From positions 3,036-67,035 of the forward strand of contig JBGYFE010000149.1 of the NCBI GenBank assembly GCA_041819925.1: a DNA stretch of 64,000 bases, given 5' to 3'. Shown in pieces: positions 1-9,300 of this stretch (its first letter is position 1; each line of letters starts with the position of its first letter). The notes below the pieces were generated by a model. That model did no database searches. It was not told the DNA's origin and saw only the letters and a program-made list of their open reading frames with translations. The DNA is from Capnocytophaga sp. Its GTDB lineage: Bacteria; Bacteroidota; Bacteroidia; Flavobacteriales; Flavobacteriaceae. A program made the translations under genes and the position numbers.

Positions 1-829
1 TTTGTGCTTTATGTTTTTTGTTCGGTCTCAGACTAAATAGATACTTTCCTGATTTAGTCGTAACTTCTATTAGTTTTTCTTTTACCTTCACTTTTTCACT
101 CACCTTCTCCGTAGGCTTTACCAAGTAAGGCATTACAATAATTTCTTTCCCTGCCCATTCTTCTTTAATGGTAAGTTCTAATTTTTCGCCTTTTTCTTTT
201 AAAACTTCGGGTTTGTCGTCAATTTTTATTGCCCATTGTACGCGTCTTTTGTCGTTTTCAGTAACTTTTTCTCTGGGAATGCTATATTCTATAACGGAAA
301 AAGTTACTTTTTCATTGGGTTGGGCTTCAGGTTTATCAGCTTCCAAATCACGAACATACACAACAGGCTCTTCCTTCGGCATCGGTTTGGATTTCTCTTT
401 TGGTTTTGCGTATTCAAAGAAATACCCGTAAAAATTTTCGGTGTGGAGCAAATGATTATACACCCTATCCAAAGCCGTTAAGGTAAGGTGTATGACCATT
501 CCGTTTTGGTGGTCGTACTCCAAACGGAAGTTTATAGGCATCACATACTGCAAATCATAGCGGTAAAACTCTTGTCCGTCAGAGGTTTCATCGTAAAAGA
601 CTATTTCGCCTTCGTGCCAAAAGCCTTTGGCTCCACCGTGTGCCAAATTTTTGCCACACATCCAATGCAGAAAAAAATCATCGCCTTCCTCTGCTAAGAA
701 ACTCACATAGAAAAAGGAGTCTCGGGGTAAGGAACACGGATAACCACTCGTATCAATTCTTCTTCGGTGAGGTAACCGAAAGGAAATGAGCGTTCGCTCA
801 ACGCCTTTGAAGTTTAATATGCCTTTCAT
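1..829 (-). CDS. tssD: TssD/Hcp (T6SSiii tube) domain fused to a C-terminal extension; probable specialised Hcp effector; partial, runs off the window start
   Basis: Not in the ORF track because there is no stop in the window. Translated by hand from ATG at 829, open to base 2: MKGILNFKGVERTLISFRLPHRRRIDTSGYPCSLP...GEIVFYDE... matches the Bacteroidota TssD pattern (L.F.G.E...R.D..G.P.S; G.IVF). It continues past ~140 aa with EKVTFSVIEYS...QWAIKIDD...LTIKEEWAGKEIIVMPYL. It starts 8 bp after the tssR stop. Confidence 0.75.
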   Translation of the reverse strand, partial: MKGILNFKGVERTLISFRLPHRRRIDTSGYPCSLPRDSFFYVSFLAEEGDDFFLHWMCGKNLAHGGAKGFWHEGEIVFYDETSDGQEFYRYDLQYVMPINFRLEYDHQNGMVIHLTLTALDRVYNHLLHTENFYGYFFEYAKPKEKSKPMPKEEPVVYVRDLEADKPEAQPNEKVTFSVIEYSIPREKVTENDKRRVQWAIKIDDKPEVLKEKGEKLELTIKEEWAGKEIIVMPYLVKPTEKVSEKVKVKEKLIEVTTKSGKYLFSLRPNKKHKAQ

Positions 830-836
830 TTTTGAA

Positions 837-3182
837 TTATTTCATTTTAGGAACATACTGTTCGGTCGGTAACCAATAGAAGTTTTGTCCGTTATATCTA
901 ATTTTCGTTTGACTATTATTCTTGTCCATTATGAGCTTAGTTGAAATTGTTTTGTATTGTTTAAAGTAATCAAAAACTTGCTCTTGGGTTATATTTTTAT
1001 CTCTTTTCCAATCTCGAAGAGTTTTACTCATTAAATCATTGGCTTCCACATAAAATCCTGTTTGACTGCCAATTACAGTTGCTATGGGTTGGGTATAAAT
1101 CTCTTTGAGGGATATTTTTTTAAAGGACAAACTCATTTTTTGTAATAATTTCGCATACTGACCAATGGCTTTTCGTTTATTTTTAACAACACTAACTTTG
1201 TTATATATTTTGGTATACAAATAATGTAGATATTCATACTCTTGTTCGTTTAAAAGCACCCCTATTTGTGTGGTAGTTTTTGGGGTAGCCGATATATAAC
1301 CATCGGTCAAAAATACATTTTCTTTGTTGAAAAAATTAGATGCTATTTTAAAAGGAATCTTCTTTGTTGCCAATGTTTCTTGCAGTGGATAAGCTTCTGA
1401 TAATAGGGTTTTATCAACCCCTATTTCGGAGCGGAAATAAGTAGTTAAAGCATTAGAAATATGTTTATTATCTGCGTAAATTTGACTTACAATACTATCA
1501 ATAGATGATTTTAAAATACTTGTAGGCATTATCTCACCTTTTTTAGGAAAGATAACAAATCCCTGCGACATACTTTGTTTAGGAAAATCCAAATGATAAA
1601 CGCCTCCTAATTCATTTGAAAGATTATAATTGGTGTTAGATAATATATCTTCCTGATTGACAATTCGTTCCTTTTTTATCTCTGCTATATTTTTGGCACT
1701 ATTAACTACCGTTTTCTCTGCTAATAATACAAAATTATTATAAACATCGTTGGTTTTGGCTTGGGTTTGAAAAAATATCAGTCGGGCATTGGCTTTGGTT
1801 ATAGCATCAATCAATGCTCCTGCTTGATAATTTTGATTTGCCGTAGTACCAATGGAGATAATAAGATTGGACTGATTTTGTGCTTTTGCCTCAGCTAAAA
1901 GGTCGGTGGCTTTAAGTAAAGCGTTATCCACAGGTTGCCCTATTTGAGTATCATTGCAATGGAGTTCCTTGATTTTCTGCTCAAAGAATTCCATCACTTG
2001 ACCATATTTTTGTGTTAATGGAAAGGTCAATTCGGAAATACCACAAGAATTATCTTTATAAACCACTGCTCCTATTTTTACATTTGAAAAAAGACGCTGT
2101 TCCGTAAATTTTAATCTCAATTCTTGCAATAATGATTTTATAATAGGAATATAGGCCCGGTTGTTTTGACTCATATCTACTACAAAAACAATATTTAAGT
2201 AGTTGTAATTGAGCAAAATATCTTTATAAGTATCATAATAGATAGGATTTCCCAATACATTATAAATGCTATTGGCTTGGTAGTTAAACGGATTTGAAAA
2301 ATATTTTATTCTTCGGGGGAAGGATTCTAAACTTCGCAGTGATGTAGGGTATATATTTTCAAAAAATTCTCTTTTTTGAATATCAGAAGAAGACAATGCT
2401 ACTTTGGGTTGGGGAGTTATTTTTGCCCAAATTTCAGAAGTTAATTCTTGCTTGGGTAACACTCCAATAGCGGTTCTATCTCCCCACACCGATACCATAT
2501 TTTTACTTACCCAACCATAAAAATTATTTTTTATACTATCTATAACCAGCGTAGGTCTTTTTCCTACTAAAATCATTTGCTTATCTTCTGATTCTTTATA
2601 CATATAAACCATTTCTCCAAGAGATAACTTATGGCTTTTTTGGGTAAGATTGGGGGTTTTGTATAAAATAACAGAATCTTGTTCAATATATTTATCTGAA
2701 TGAATAATTACATCAGGGTGATTCATTGTTAGGGTAGCTTTGATTGTAAATCCATTAAGTGGATTTTTAAGACTATTGTCCCACAAAAGTAACCGCTCTT
2801 GGGGTACCCAACCCAATACCTTTATTTTTCTTTTTCGCTGATTAAGCCGCCCATCATTGAGTATATTAGGGGTATATTCGCCCAATTTTATCATTCCTTT
2901 TCGTTTTTTTAGTACCACAAAAGGTTCTAAAAAATCTACTTCCTTATGGATTAAAGAAAAATTGTCTTTGGCAGTAGGATTGGTTTTGTTTTTTACTCTA
3001 TCAGAAAAAACAACCCACGCTTGTCTCTGATTAGCAAAACCATTATCAAGAGTTTGATTATCAATAACTCCATACGAATTTCGCAATGGTGTTTTGTAAG
3101 CTCGTGAAGTAGAACAACTTACCACAAACCAACTCAATACCAAGCCACTTATATACCAAACACGAAATGATTTTATCTCCAT
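837..3182 (-). CDS. tssR: T6SSiii TssR (lipoprotein with VWA-like domain)
   Basis: 781 aa; lipobox VVSC; VWA-like segment (NIVFVVDMS...IGAVVYKD...); lies between a PKD gene and tssD as in Flavobacteriales T6SS loci. Confidence 0.85.
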   Translation of the reverse strand: MEIKSFRVWYISGLVLSWFVVSCSTSRAYKTPLRNSYGVIDNQTLDNGFANQRQAWVVFSDRVKNKTNPTAKDNFSLIHKEVDFLEPFVVLKKRKGMIKLGEYTPNILNDGRLNQRKRKIKVLGWVPQERLLLWDNSLKNPLNGFTIKATLTMNHPDVIIHSDKYIEQDSVILYKTPNLTQKSHKLSLGEMVYMYKESEDKQMILVGKRPTLVIDSIKNNFYGWVSKNMVSVWGDRTAIGVLPKQELTSEIWAKITPQPKVALSSSDIQKREFFENIYPTSLRSLESFPRRIKYFSNPFNYQANSIYNVLGNPIYYDTYKDILLNYNYLNIVFVVDMSQNNRAYIPIIKSLLQELRLKFTEQRLFSNVKIGAVVYKDNSCGISELTFPLTQKYGQVMEFFEQKIKELHCNDTQIGQPVDNALLKATDLLAEAKAQNQSNLIISIGTTANQNYQAGALIDAITKANARLIFFQTQAKTNDVYNNFVLLAEKTVVNSAKNIAEIKKERIVNQEDILSNTNYNLSNELGGVYHLDFPKQSMSQGFVIFPKKGEIMPTSILKSSIDSIVSQIYADNKHISNALTTYFRSEIGVDKTLLSEAYPLQETLATKKIPFKIASNFFNKENVFLTDGYISATPKTTTQIGVLLNEQEYEYLHYLYTKIYNKVSVVKNKRKAIGQYAKLLQKMSLSFKKISLKEIYTQPIATVIGSQTGFYVEANDLMSKTLRDWKRDKNITQEQVFDYFKQYKTISTKLIMDKNNSQTKIRYNGQNFYWLPTEQYVPKMK

Positions 3183-3237
3183 TTTTTCTTGATTTTATTT
3201 TTTATATAACTCTAAATGATTACTGTTTTTAGCAATA

Positions 3238-3306
3238 CTATAAATATATTTTTCCAAACCATATCATTGTTGACCCGATACCTTTAAAATTTAATAACGC
3301 TTTCAT
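3238..3306 (-). pseudogene. 22-codon remnant resembling the 5' end of a tssD gene
   Basis: MKALLNFKGIGSTMIWFGKIYL* versus the tssD start MKGILNFKGVERTLISF; 23/31 nt identical from the ATG, and both are preceded by CAAA(A). Confidence 0.45.
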
Positions 3307-3328
3307 TTTGAAATGTTACACTTAAAAG

Positions 3329-4237
3329 TTAGGGGCTTTCTTGTACTATATTCACTTTGACAATACAATTTACTTGCTCGTCAAAAGTTACTTTAACATC
3401 ATTGATAATGGCATTTTTATCAAAACGCAAACCTGCACAATAGTAGTAGAATGTATTTATTTTATGGGTATTTACTTTTATGGGGGTATTTTCATTCTTA
3501 CATAGATATGTATTTATCAAATGATTATAATGCTTGTTAAAGTCAGCCCCGTTGGCTATTTGTTGCAAATGATATTTGAAATCATCATCTATTTTTTTAT
3601 AAATATTATCTATGGAAGTGGAATCTTTTAAAACTTTAAAGGAAGGTAAAATATGGATAGTGTGGGTTATAGGATATTCCGTTTGGTCGGTGTAGAGAGT
3701 AACTTGATAAGTACCTGGATTTTGATACGCATAGATAGTCATTGGCTCTTTGGAATCGACCATACCTGACTCACCAAATTTCCAACTATAAAATTTTGAA
3801 GTTTTTGAATGGGCTCTAAACACTACATTTTCAAACTGCATCGCTTGTTTAGGAGCATCGATGGTGGTGATAGAATCGGCAATTTTTCTGCGAACAATAT
3901 CTTTAACTTCAATAGGAAAAGTTTTCGTATATTTTCCATTGAGTTTTAATGACACCTGATAATACCCTGGCTTTCTGTATAGGTAATATCCTTTGTCATT
4001 AATGGATATATTGCCATCTCCAAAACGCCATTCTCTCAGTGCAGAAAAAGAAGTTTTATCGTGATAATGAAGCGTATCTCCTACAAACAAAACAGAAGGA
4101 TATACATAGGCTTGGATATCTGCCACTGTGTGAAAAAAGCGTTTTTGAAGCCACAACCCTACCAACAAGACAATCAGTACAACTCCTATAAAAATTCCTA
4201 TGATTTTACCTTTATTATTTTCAGTATAATTTCTCAT
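3329..4237 (-). CDS. tssP: T6SSiii TssP, membrane-anchored PKD-domain protein
   Basis: N-terminal TM helix; two PKD repeats (WRFGDG...Y..PG.YQV.L and WKFGE...Y..PGTYQVTL); T6SS context. Confidence 0.8.
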   Translation of the reverse strand: MRNYTENNKGKIIGIFIGVVLIVLLVGLWLQKRFFHTVADIQAYVYPSVLFVGDTLHYHDKTSFSALREWRFGDGNISINDKGYYLYRKPGYYQVSLKLNGKYTKTFPIEVKDIVRRKIADSITTIDAPKQAMQFENVVFRAHSKTSKFYSWKFGESGMVDSKEPMTIYAYQNPGTYQVTLYTDQTEYPITHTIHILPSFKVLKDSTSIDNIYKKIDDDFKYHLQQIANGADFNKHYNHLINTYLCKNENTPIKVNTHKINTFYYYCAGLRFDKNAIINDVKVTFDEQVNCIVKVNIVQESP

Positions 4238-4249
4238 TGTATGTAAAAT

Positions 4250-4774
4250 TTACTTAGACCTTGCAAGCATTGCGTTTTTTTTCTGTGTTAGCTCTTGTTC
4301 TTTATCCTTAAACCCTATGGAGCATTCTTGAAACTGTTGCTCAAAAAGGCGTATATTTTCGGTTCTTTTAGCGGCTATTTTCTTGTCTTCAAAGTACATT
4401 TTATAAAAATTAGCTATCTGTAAATACGCTTCTTTACGCATATCATATACTTCGGTACCTTGAAAAGAATTGGCAATATCATTGATACTATTTTTGATGT
4501 CATTTTCAATGAAAGGTTGCGATTTTTCAACTTTTAAGATGCTAATTTTAGTAAAAGTATTTTCCAATAAAGGAGCTACTATTTTTTGTTGTTCTATAAA
4601 TTTGTTTTTTTGAGAAAGTAGCTGTATATCTAATACATCTGTACCTGAAAAAGGCGAATCAAATTTTCTAAAAAATATCATTCCTAATACCATTAGCACT
4701 ATAAATAGCATACATAAAAGATAAAAGAAATGGTATCTTTTTTCTCTTTTTGATAAGGATACGATTGCTTCCAT
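4250..4774 (-). CDS. T6SSiii TssO/TssQ-like transmembrane protein
   Basis: Likely start MEAIVSLSKREKRYHFFYLL (ATG 4774; the ORF track extends to 4816). Single TM helix then a coiled coil with QIANFYKMYFEDKK...EC.IGFKDK, typical of the second TssO-family gene of these loci. Confidence 0.7.
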   Translation of the reverse strand: MEAIVSLSKREKRYHFFYLLCMLFIVLMVLGMIFFRKFDSPFSGTDVLDIQLLSQKNKFIEQQKIVAPLLENTFTKISILKVEKSQPFIENDIKNSINDIANSFQGTEVYDMRKEAYLQIANFYKMYFEDKKIAAKRTENIRLFEQQFQECSIGFKDKEQELTQKKNAMLARSK

Positions 4775-4796
4775 ATTTTTTAATTTAATTGAATGA

Positions 4797-5321
4797 TTAT
4801 CTTGATTGAAACCCACGAGAAGGGTCTTTGGAGAGTTCTTGTTCTATTTTAGTGATTTTTTCAATACATTCGTTAAGGTCTCTTAAAATGTGTTGTTCTT
4901 TGGCTGTAATGGATACAATTTCATTTTTTAAAGCCAAAAGACTATCCACTTTATCAATAAGTTGCCAATAATGTTTAAACTCGGTAACACTGTCTTTCCC
5001 TATAATCTTGCGGAAATCTTGTAGATTTTTAGAAATATAATCGCCTAAAAATACACTATTGCGTACTTTATTGGTATTCAATAAAGACATATGATGGTAA
5101 ATGGTATCAAGTTTTGCATAAAGTATTTGTTGCTTGTTAAGCGTTTCTTTATAGGCAATAACATCTTTTTCAATACTTTTTCGTTGATGATTGTAACTGC
5201 TTAAAAATAAGTAAACTACACTAAAAGATAAACCCGCTAAAACCAAAAAATATCCAATGAATTTTTGAATTTCACGCTTTATCTCTTTTGCATTTTGTTT
5301 TTGGTGCTTGTAACTTGCCAT
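4797..5321 (-). CDS. tssO: T6SSiii TssO transmembrane protein
   Basis: N-terminal TM helix, coiled coil, C-terminal LRDLNEC...L.KDPSRGF; first gene of the tssO-tssO-tssP-tssR operon. Confidence 0.75.
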   Translation of the reverse strand: MASYKHQKQNAKEIKREIQKFIGYFLVLAGLSFSVVYLFLSSYNHQRKSIEKDVIAYKETLNKQQILYAKLDTIYHHMSLLNTNKVRNSVFLGDYISKNLQDFRKIIGKDSVTEFKHYWQLIDKVDSLLALKNEIVSITAKEQHILRDLNECIEKITKIEQELSKDPSRGFQSR

Positions 5322-5388
5322 AAGGTAATTTTTTGTTATTAAATGTATCTAAAATTTTATAACATCCTAAAAATCAATGATTTTTGCA

Positions 5389-5571
5389 CAAAGATACAAT
5401 AAAAAAATGAACTTTTGTAGTATCTAAGCCAATTTTTAATTTCATAATCATTATTTTATTGATTTTCAAATGATTAAAAAGTAACCTATAACAAAACTTA
5501 CATAAAGTGGTTGTCGGAACTGATAATAAATTTATAAAAATTAGACTATTTTATTTTTTTTAGTATCTTTG
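5389..5571. promoter_or_regulatory. Divergent Bacteroidota promoters for the T6SS operon and the response regulator
   Basis: TATCTTTG on the - strand (5396-5389) and TATCTTTG on the + strand (5564-5571), both matching TAnnTTTG. Confidence 0.6.
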
Positions 5572-5596
5572 CAGTTAAGTATTTATCCCCAATACA

Positions 5597-6262
5597 ATGT
5601 ACATCCATTCAAAACATACAAACATATCCATCGCCGATGCAGATTCTTACTTTAAAGAAATTATAATCAAAAGCCTTGAATCTCCATTTTTAAGTATTGT
5701 AAAAAATTGCAATAATGGCTATGAACTTATAAATCAATTACATAAAAGAGTAGAAAATATCTTTATAATTGACCTTTTTATGCCCATAATGAGTGGAATT
5801 GAAGCCATAAAATACATCCGAAAATTAGGCAATCAAACTCCAATAATTACCTATTCATCTATATTTCAGGAAGATATATCAGATTTGTTGCACAACTATC
5901 CCAATATCTTTTATTGTGAAAAAAAGGTAGCCGTTGTTTTAGATATTTTCAAAAATTATATTTTACATCCAACAAAAAAATACGAAGATTATTTTCAACA
6001 CTGGAAAAAACAGCCCCTACAAGTGATGGAATACATTCAAAAACAAAAAAATGAAAACTACACTCCAACAATTGTTGAACTACAAATAATGAAATTATCA
6101 TATCAAGGATTGAGTAATAAAGAAATAGCACAAGAATTACATCTAAGCCTTAGAACCATTGATACTTATATTGCACGGCTTCTAAAAAAATTAAATTTAA
6201 GAAATAAAATAGACCTTGTCCGTTTTTGTGTTGAACAAGGTTTTTATAATTATAATTACTAA
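5597..6262 (+). CDS. NarL/LuxR-family response regulator (REC + HTH), orphan
   Basis: REC domain with IIDLFMP phospho-acceptor; C-terminal LuxR HTH (GLSNKEIAQELHLSLRTIDTY). Confidence 0.85.
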   Translation: MYIHSKHTNISIADADSYFKEIIIKSLESPFLSIVKNCNNGYELINQLHKRVENIFIIDLFMPIMSGIEAIKYIRKLGNQTPIITYSSIFQEDISDLLHNYPNIFYCEKKVAVVLDIFKNYILHPTKKYEDYFQHWKKQPLQVMEYIQKQKNENYTPTIVELQIMKLSYQGLSNKEIAQELHLSLRTIDTYIARLLKKLNLRNKIDLVRFCVEQGFYNYNY

Positions 6263-6339
6263 ATTATTGTCTCCGAAAATTTTTTAAAAAGACTTTTTAA
6301 ATAATTTCTAAACAAAATACAAAAAATAAATTATATAGA

Positions 6340-9300
6340 TTACATCTTAATTTTTTTTGTTTCTATTGACTTCTTATTTTGATAAATAGGTTGTTGTAGA
6401 AAATTTTTAAACGGCACCTTTTGTACGCTCTCTTTTTGTACAGGTGATTTACTTTCTGTTTCTTTCAAATCATTTTTTATATCTTCTTGTTTTTCAGTAA
6501 TTTCTTCCTGTGTTATGGGGCTAATGGAAAGCTGTATTTTTCTGTCCAGCGAAGCGAGTTCCGATTTTAGCGAAGCAAGTTCATTTTCTTTGTGCCATTC
6601 TTTGGACACCACTTCTTTCAGCACGGGCAAATCTTTTTCAATGAAGGCGATTTCCTTTTGTTGCTTTTCTATCATTGTGGGAATTTTTTCAAGGGCATTT
6701 AGAAAATTCGTTACAGCTAAATACGGGTCGTTGGCAAGTCGTCCGTTGTTGTGAGTGTATTTAATTTCGCTTTCGCCTTGCACAAAAAACCGATTTTCCC
6801 GCAAATCCAAGCCTTCTTTTTGAGAAAATTCTGTTTTCACCAAAATCTGAAAACCATACAAACTGCCAATCTCTTGATAATCCCCTGCGGTACGAGCATT
6901 TTTGGCGTAATCGTGCAATTTTTTGGCAAGTTGTTTGACATCGGTTTTTTCAGGAAGTTCGTGTAGTTTTAGGCTATTCACCACACTGCCATCGGGATTT
7001 CGTTGTGCTTTTGCTGAAAAATTTTGCCAATCGGTTTGAAGGCGAAATACCTGTTGTTTTAAAGCATTTAGGTCGCTGGTTAGGTTTTCCAAACGGATTT
7101 TGGAAGTAGCTTTGGATTTTGAAAACGCCTGTTTTTCACTTTCCAAAGTGGCGATTCGTTTTTCTAATTTGGCTTTTTCCAAAAGGTCGGTATTTCCCGA
7201 AAGAATGGCTACATACTCGGAAAAACTCATTCCCGATTGTTCGTCCATAGCCCCCTCATCAATGGTGCGTTTGGTAAGTTGATTGTTTTTAAGTTGTTCG
7301 ATAAACAACTGCTTGTTATACAGAAGATTAAATTTATACGCATCTAAGGATTTTTCTACGGCATAAATAATCACATCGACTTTGTTATCGGCAAAATACT
7401 TGGCGATTTCATTGCCTTTTCTGATGGCTCTTCCATCGCGTTGTTGCAGATCGCTGGGTCGCCACGGCGTATCCAGATGATGCACAGCAACAGCCCGTTT
7501 TTGAGCATTTACGCCCGTGCCAAGCATATCGGTAGAGCCGAATAACACCCGTATTTTTCCTTCGGTCATATCGGCAATGAATTGTTTTCGCATTTTGTCG
7601 TTTTTTGCCTCTTGGATAAAGCGGATTTCGTGTGGCGGAATGCCATAGTCTTCCACAAGTTTGCGTTTGATTTCCGAATAAGGATTCCATTCATTGGGCT
7701 TATAAGTTCCCAAATCGGAAAACACAAACTGCGTTCCCTTTTGGGCGTTGAATTTTTGATAGTATTCATTGATTTTCATTGCACAATGCGAAGCCTTGTT
7801 ATCAGGATGGTCTTCGTATTTATCCGAAATCATTCGCATATCGAGCGACATTTTTCGAGCATAATCCGTAGCGATAAGCATTTTAGCCTTTTCTTCGGAA
7901 TCCGAAAGTGGAGCTCTCCCCAAAAGGGTGGCATTTCCTGTTTTGGCAAACTCCATTAGTTTTCCGATAAAGACTTCCTGCTCGGGAGTCGGTGGGATAT
8001 GGTGCAAAATTTCGTTTTTTTTGGGTCGGTCAATTCCAATATCCTTTGCGGTGCGATAATCGGTAATTTCGCTATAAAATTGAGCCAATTCAGGTACTTT
8101 GATAAAATACCGAAAGCGTTCTTTTTGCACGATGTTATTGGCAACCGAAAATTCATAATCGGTCGTTTTTCGGGCATAAATAGCTGCCCACGCATCAAAA
8201 CAATGGATTTGTTGTTTTTCCAGTGCCTGTGGTCGCAAGTATTTAAAAAGCAAATACAATTCGGTTAGTGAGTTGGAAATGGTCGTTCCCGAAAGAAAAG
8301 TCGCTCCCATATCTTTGCCCGTTCGCTCTTGAATGGTTCGCAAGGCAAAGAGCAGGTTCATCGCTTTTTGGCTTCCTTGCGTATTACCCAATCCTGCCAC
8401 GCGGTCGTGGCGGGTGTTAAATAGCAGGTTTTTAAACTTATGGCTTTCATCAACGAGTAGGTGGTCAATGCCCATCATCTTAAAATCTACGGTGTTATCG
8501 GTTCGGGTGTTAATATCGTGCCGAAGAGTGGCAAGTTTAACCTCCAAGTTTTCCTTGCGTTTGTACATTCCTTTAATCATTGCACGAGAAATGTCTTTGC
8601 CCTCGTTTTCCAATATCCAAAGATTTTCCTCTACATCGTCCAATTCCTGTTGAAGGATTTGTTCTTGAATTTCAGGAGATTGCGGAATCATCTTAAATTG
8701 GTCGTGAGTGAGAATCACACAATCCCAATCGTTGTTTTTAATATCTCCAAAAATGCGTTGGCGTTTGCTGGGGGTAAAATCTTCCTTGCCTGGGTATAAG
8801 ATTTTGGCAAAGGGATAGGCACGGCGGTAGGTTTCAGCAATTTCGTGTACATTGGCTTTGAGCCCAATAATCATCGGTTTGTGAGCGAGTCCCAAACGCT
8901 TCATTTCTTGGGCGGCACAGCACATAATCAGCGTTTTTCCTGCTCCGACCTCGTGGTCGCAAATCGCTCCGCCGTTCATTTTTATCATCCATATCGCATC
9001 TTTTTGACTCGGATACAAATCCTCAATGCCCAAAGCCTGTTTGTCCAAACCTGGGAAATCTTGAAATCTTCCATCGTAAGTAGGTCGGACAAAACAATTG
9101 AACATATCGTTGTATTTTTTGGCAAGTTCCTCTTTAAAGGCTTGGGATTGCTGGTTAAGCCATTGTGGAAAGGCATTGCGAATTTCATCTATCTTGGCAT
9201 TGGCCATTTGTATGGCTTCCATATCCCGCATTTTGATTTCCCTGTCATCAATAGTTACTGTTTTGGTAATATCGGGACAGGTATTGAGCAGTCCATACTT

